The notes under the pieces were generated by a model. The model saw only the letters and a program-made list of their open reading frames with translations, ran no database searches and was not told the DNA's origin. A stretch of DNA of 64,000 nucleotides, taken from assembly GCF_009834535.1 (NCBI RefSeq), contig NC_045696.1, positions 71,674,001 through 71,738,000 on the forward strand, given 5' to 3'. Below, piece after piece: positions 62,002-64,000 of the stretch; position 1 is the first letter of the stretch, and each line of letters opens with the position of its first letter. A program made the translations under genes and the position numbers. The stretch comes from Camelus ferus. Lineage: Eukaryota.

Positions 62002-62098
62002 ATTTTTATGTTTTCCTTAATGGAGGTACTGGGGATTGAACCCAGGACCTCATGCACACCAACCACGTGCTCTACCACTGAGCTATACCCCCCACCCC
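61999..62098 (-). mobile_element. tRNA-derived SINE (camelid Vic-1-like)
   Basis: Minus strand GGGGGTATAGCTCAGTGGTAGAGCACGTG...GAGGTCCTGGGTTCAATCCCCAGTACCTCC with A and B boxes. TSD-like CCTCCAC(G/A)TGT at 61960 and 62101. Confidence 0.85.
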
Positions 62099-62559
62099 TG
62101 CCTCCACATGTATGTAATTAGAGGTGGCAAGCCCCTCCTCCTTGACCTATGGGGAATGAGGTGTCACTGCTCCCCTGTGAGAGGGGAAGCTCAGGGAGAT
62201 GAGTGGGTCTGTAGACATTGTGGCCCCGTGGATAACTGCTAGGAGTGTAGTGGCAACACCACAAAGTCCTGTTACTCCCTTTACCCCCAGGCCAACTCTG
62301 GGGGAAAATCAGTTTAGTGTTCTCAGTAAATACACCTGGCCATTTGAGTGTTGACTTTTTTTTCAAAAGAAAACAAAGTCTAGTGTATACAAGGAAAAAA
62401 TATCTCTTCCTTTAATATGACTTTGATGTTACTTCTGGTAAAATAATAATCCTGGTGATCTTCTGCTATGGATAATGCAAATCCTTCTTGAGCTTGTAGA
62501 TTCTCTCTCATTTTGCCCTGATAGGTAGGGACAGGTGGATGGCTTCAGTTCATTCTGCA

Positions 62560-63775
62560 GGGTGATTATGGCCTTGTAGAATGAATATGGAAGTGTTCCT
62601 TCCTCTTCAACTTTTTGGAATAGATCAAGAAGGATAGGTGTTAGCTCTTCTTTATATGCTTGGTAGAGTTCCCCTGTGAAGCTGTCCAGTCCTGGGCTTT
62701 TGTTTGATGAGAGCTTTTTTGATTACTAATTCAGTTTCACTACTAGTGATTGGTCTGCTCAGATTATGTTTCTTCCTGATTCAGTATTGGAAGGTTGTAT
62801 TTTTCTATAAATTTGTCTGTTTCTTTTAAGTTGTGTTGTCCAGTTTGTTGGCATATACTTGTTTATAGTATTACCTTATTTTTTGATCTGTGATATCAAT
62901 TATTATTTCTCCTCTTGCATTTCTTATTTTGTTTACTTGGGTCCTCTGTCTTGTCTTCTTCGTGTGCCTGGCTAAAAGTTAATCAATTTCGTTTATCTTT
63001 TCAAAAACCCAGCTCTTGGTCTCATTGATCTTTTTCTCCTTCTTTTCCTTCTCCTTTTCCTTCTCCTCCTTCTTCTTCATCTCTGTTTTCTCTCTGATCT
63101 TTTTATTTCCTTCCTTCTGCTGATTTAGCGCTTTATTCTTCTTTTTCGAATTCCTTTTTGAGGTAGACCTGTCTGCTGTAAACTTCCCTCATAGAACTGC
63201 TTTTGCTGTGTCCCATAGATTTTGGAAAGTTATGTTTTTATTTTCACTTGTCTCAAGATATTTTCTGATTTCCTCTTTGATTTCTTCATTGACTCATTGG
63301 TTTTCTAGTAGCACATTTTTTAGTCTCCATGTGTTTGTGTTTTTCCCATTTTTCTTCCTGTAATTTATTTCTAGTTTCATACTATTGTGGCTGGAAAAAA
63401 TGCTTGATATAATTTCTATTCTCTTAAATTTGTTGAGACCTATCCTGTTTTGTAGCCTAGTATGTGATCTATGCTGAAAAAATGTTCCATGTGCACTTGA
63501 AAAGAATGTGTATTCTACTGTTTTGGGTGAAATATTCTGTAGATACCTATTAAGTCCAACTGCTGTAATGTGCTATTTAAGAGTACTGTTTCCTTATTGA
63601 TTTACTGTCTGGATGATCTGTCCACTGATGTGAGTGGAGTATTAAAGCTGTCTACTATTATTGTATTATTGTTAATTTCTCCCTTTATGTCTGTTGGTAC
63701 TTTATATATTTAGGTGCTCCTATATTAGGTACATATATGTTAATGAGTGTGATATCCTCTTCTTGTATTGAACAC
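62560..63775 (-). mobile_element. L1 ORF2 fragment (endonuclease-proximal), degenerate
   Basis: Typical antisense L1 sequence (tagaatgaatatggaagtgttccttcctcttc, ttttcaaaaacccagctcttgg, gcacttgaaaagaatgtgtattct). Confidence 0.85.
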
Positions 63776-63847
63776 GCTTTTCCCTATTTAGAATCACAAT
63801 ATTGTACTTGCACCTGATCTTTGGAAGTTCATGAGATATGGGTGTGT

Positions 63848-63920
63848 GGGGTGGGTATAGCTCAGTAGTAGTGTGCATGCTTAGCATGCATGAGGTTCTG
63901 GGTTCAATCAATCAATAAAT
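63848..63920 (+). mobile_element. tRNA-derived SINE (Vic-1-like), short copy
   Basis: GGGGTGGGTATAGCTCAGTAGTAGTGTGCATGCTTAGCATGCATGAGGTTCTGGGTTCAATC followed by an A-rich tail. Confidence 0.8.
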
Positions 63921-64000
63921 ATTTCAAGGTCTGTAACCTTACCATTTGCTCTGCCAACGTATGTTGCCTGCCTAGGTAGTGACTTCTAGTTGTGGCAGTG

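Larger units (their letters stand above)
42674..64000 (+). other. MCF2L2: MCF2L2 intron 1 (continues beyond the window)
   Basis: No sequence encoding the expected exon 2 (DEIMQQEVRPL...) was found by eye before the window end. The region is repeat-rich. Confidence 0.7.

Noticed and set aside
62020..63910. tRNA genes at about 62020-62095 and 63848-63910
   Set aside because: tRNA-like heads are followed by A-rich tails (one with a TSD) and lack an intact cloverleaf; these are SINEs.

Overview
Mammalian genomic DNA, most likely a camelid: the tRNA-derived SINEs look like Vic-1, alongside artiodactyl-type L1 3' ends. The window is dominated by repeats (L1, L2, MIR, ERV/MaLR LTRs, hAT MITEs). Two transcription units diverge from separate CpG islands about 10 kb apart. 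(1) On the minus strand, about 32.56 kb to 22.1 kb, lies an intron-containing, coding-dead duplicate of EIF4A2. Exons 5-10, the NMD 'poison' exon, the last exon and the full 3' UTR are recognisable but broken by stops and frameshifts. Its introns still carry H/ACA snoRNA copies (two SNORA63-family, SNORA81-like, a decayed SNORA4-like) in the same order as in EIF4A2. It keeps a CCAAT/GC-box CpG promoter, most splice sites and a polyA signal, so it looks like a protein-coding gene converted into a non-coding snoRNA host. It is probably the orthologue of human LINC00888/SNHG33 next to MCF2L2. (2) On the plus strand, the CpG island and first coding exon of MCF2L2 (42598-42673) carry an in-frame TGA at codon 4 followed by a strong in-frame ATG; the rest of the window is MCF2L2 intron 1. 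All homology calls come from my recall of human sequences, not from database searches.
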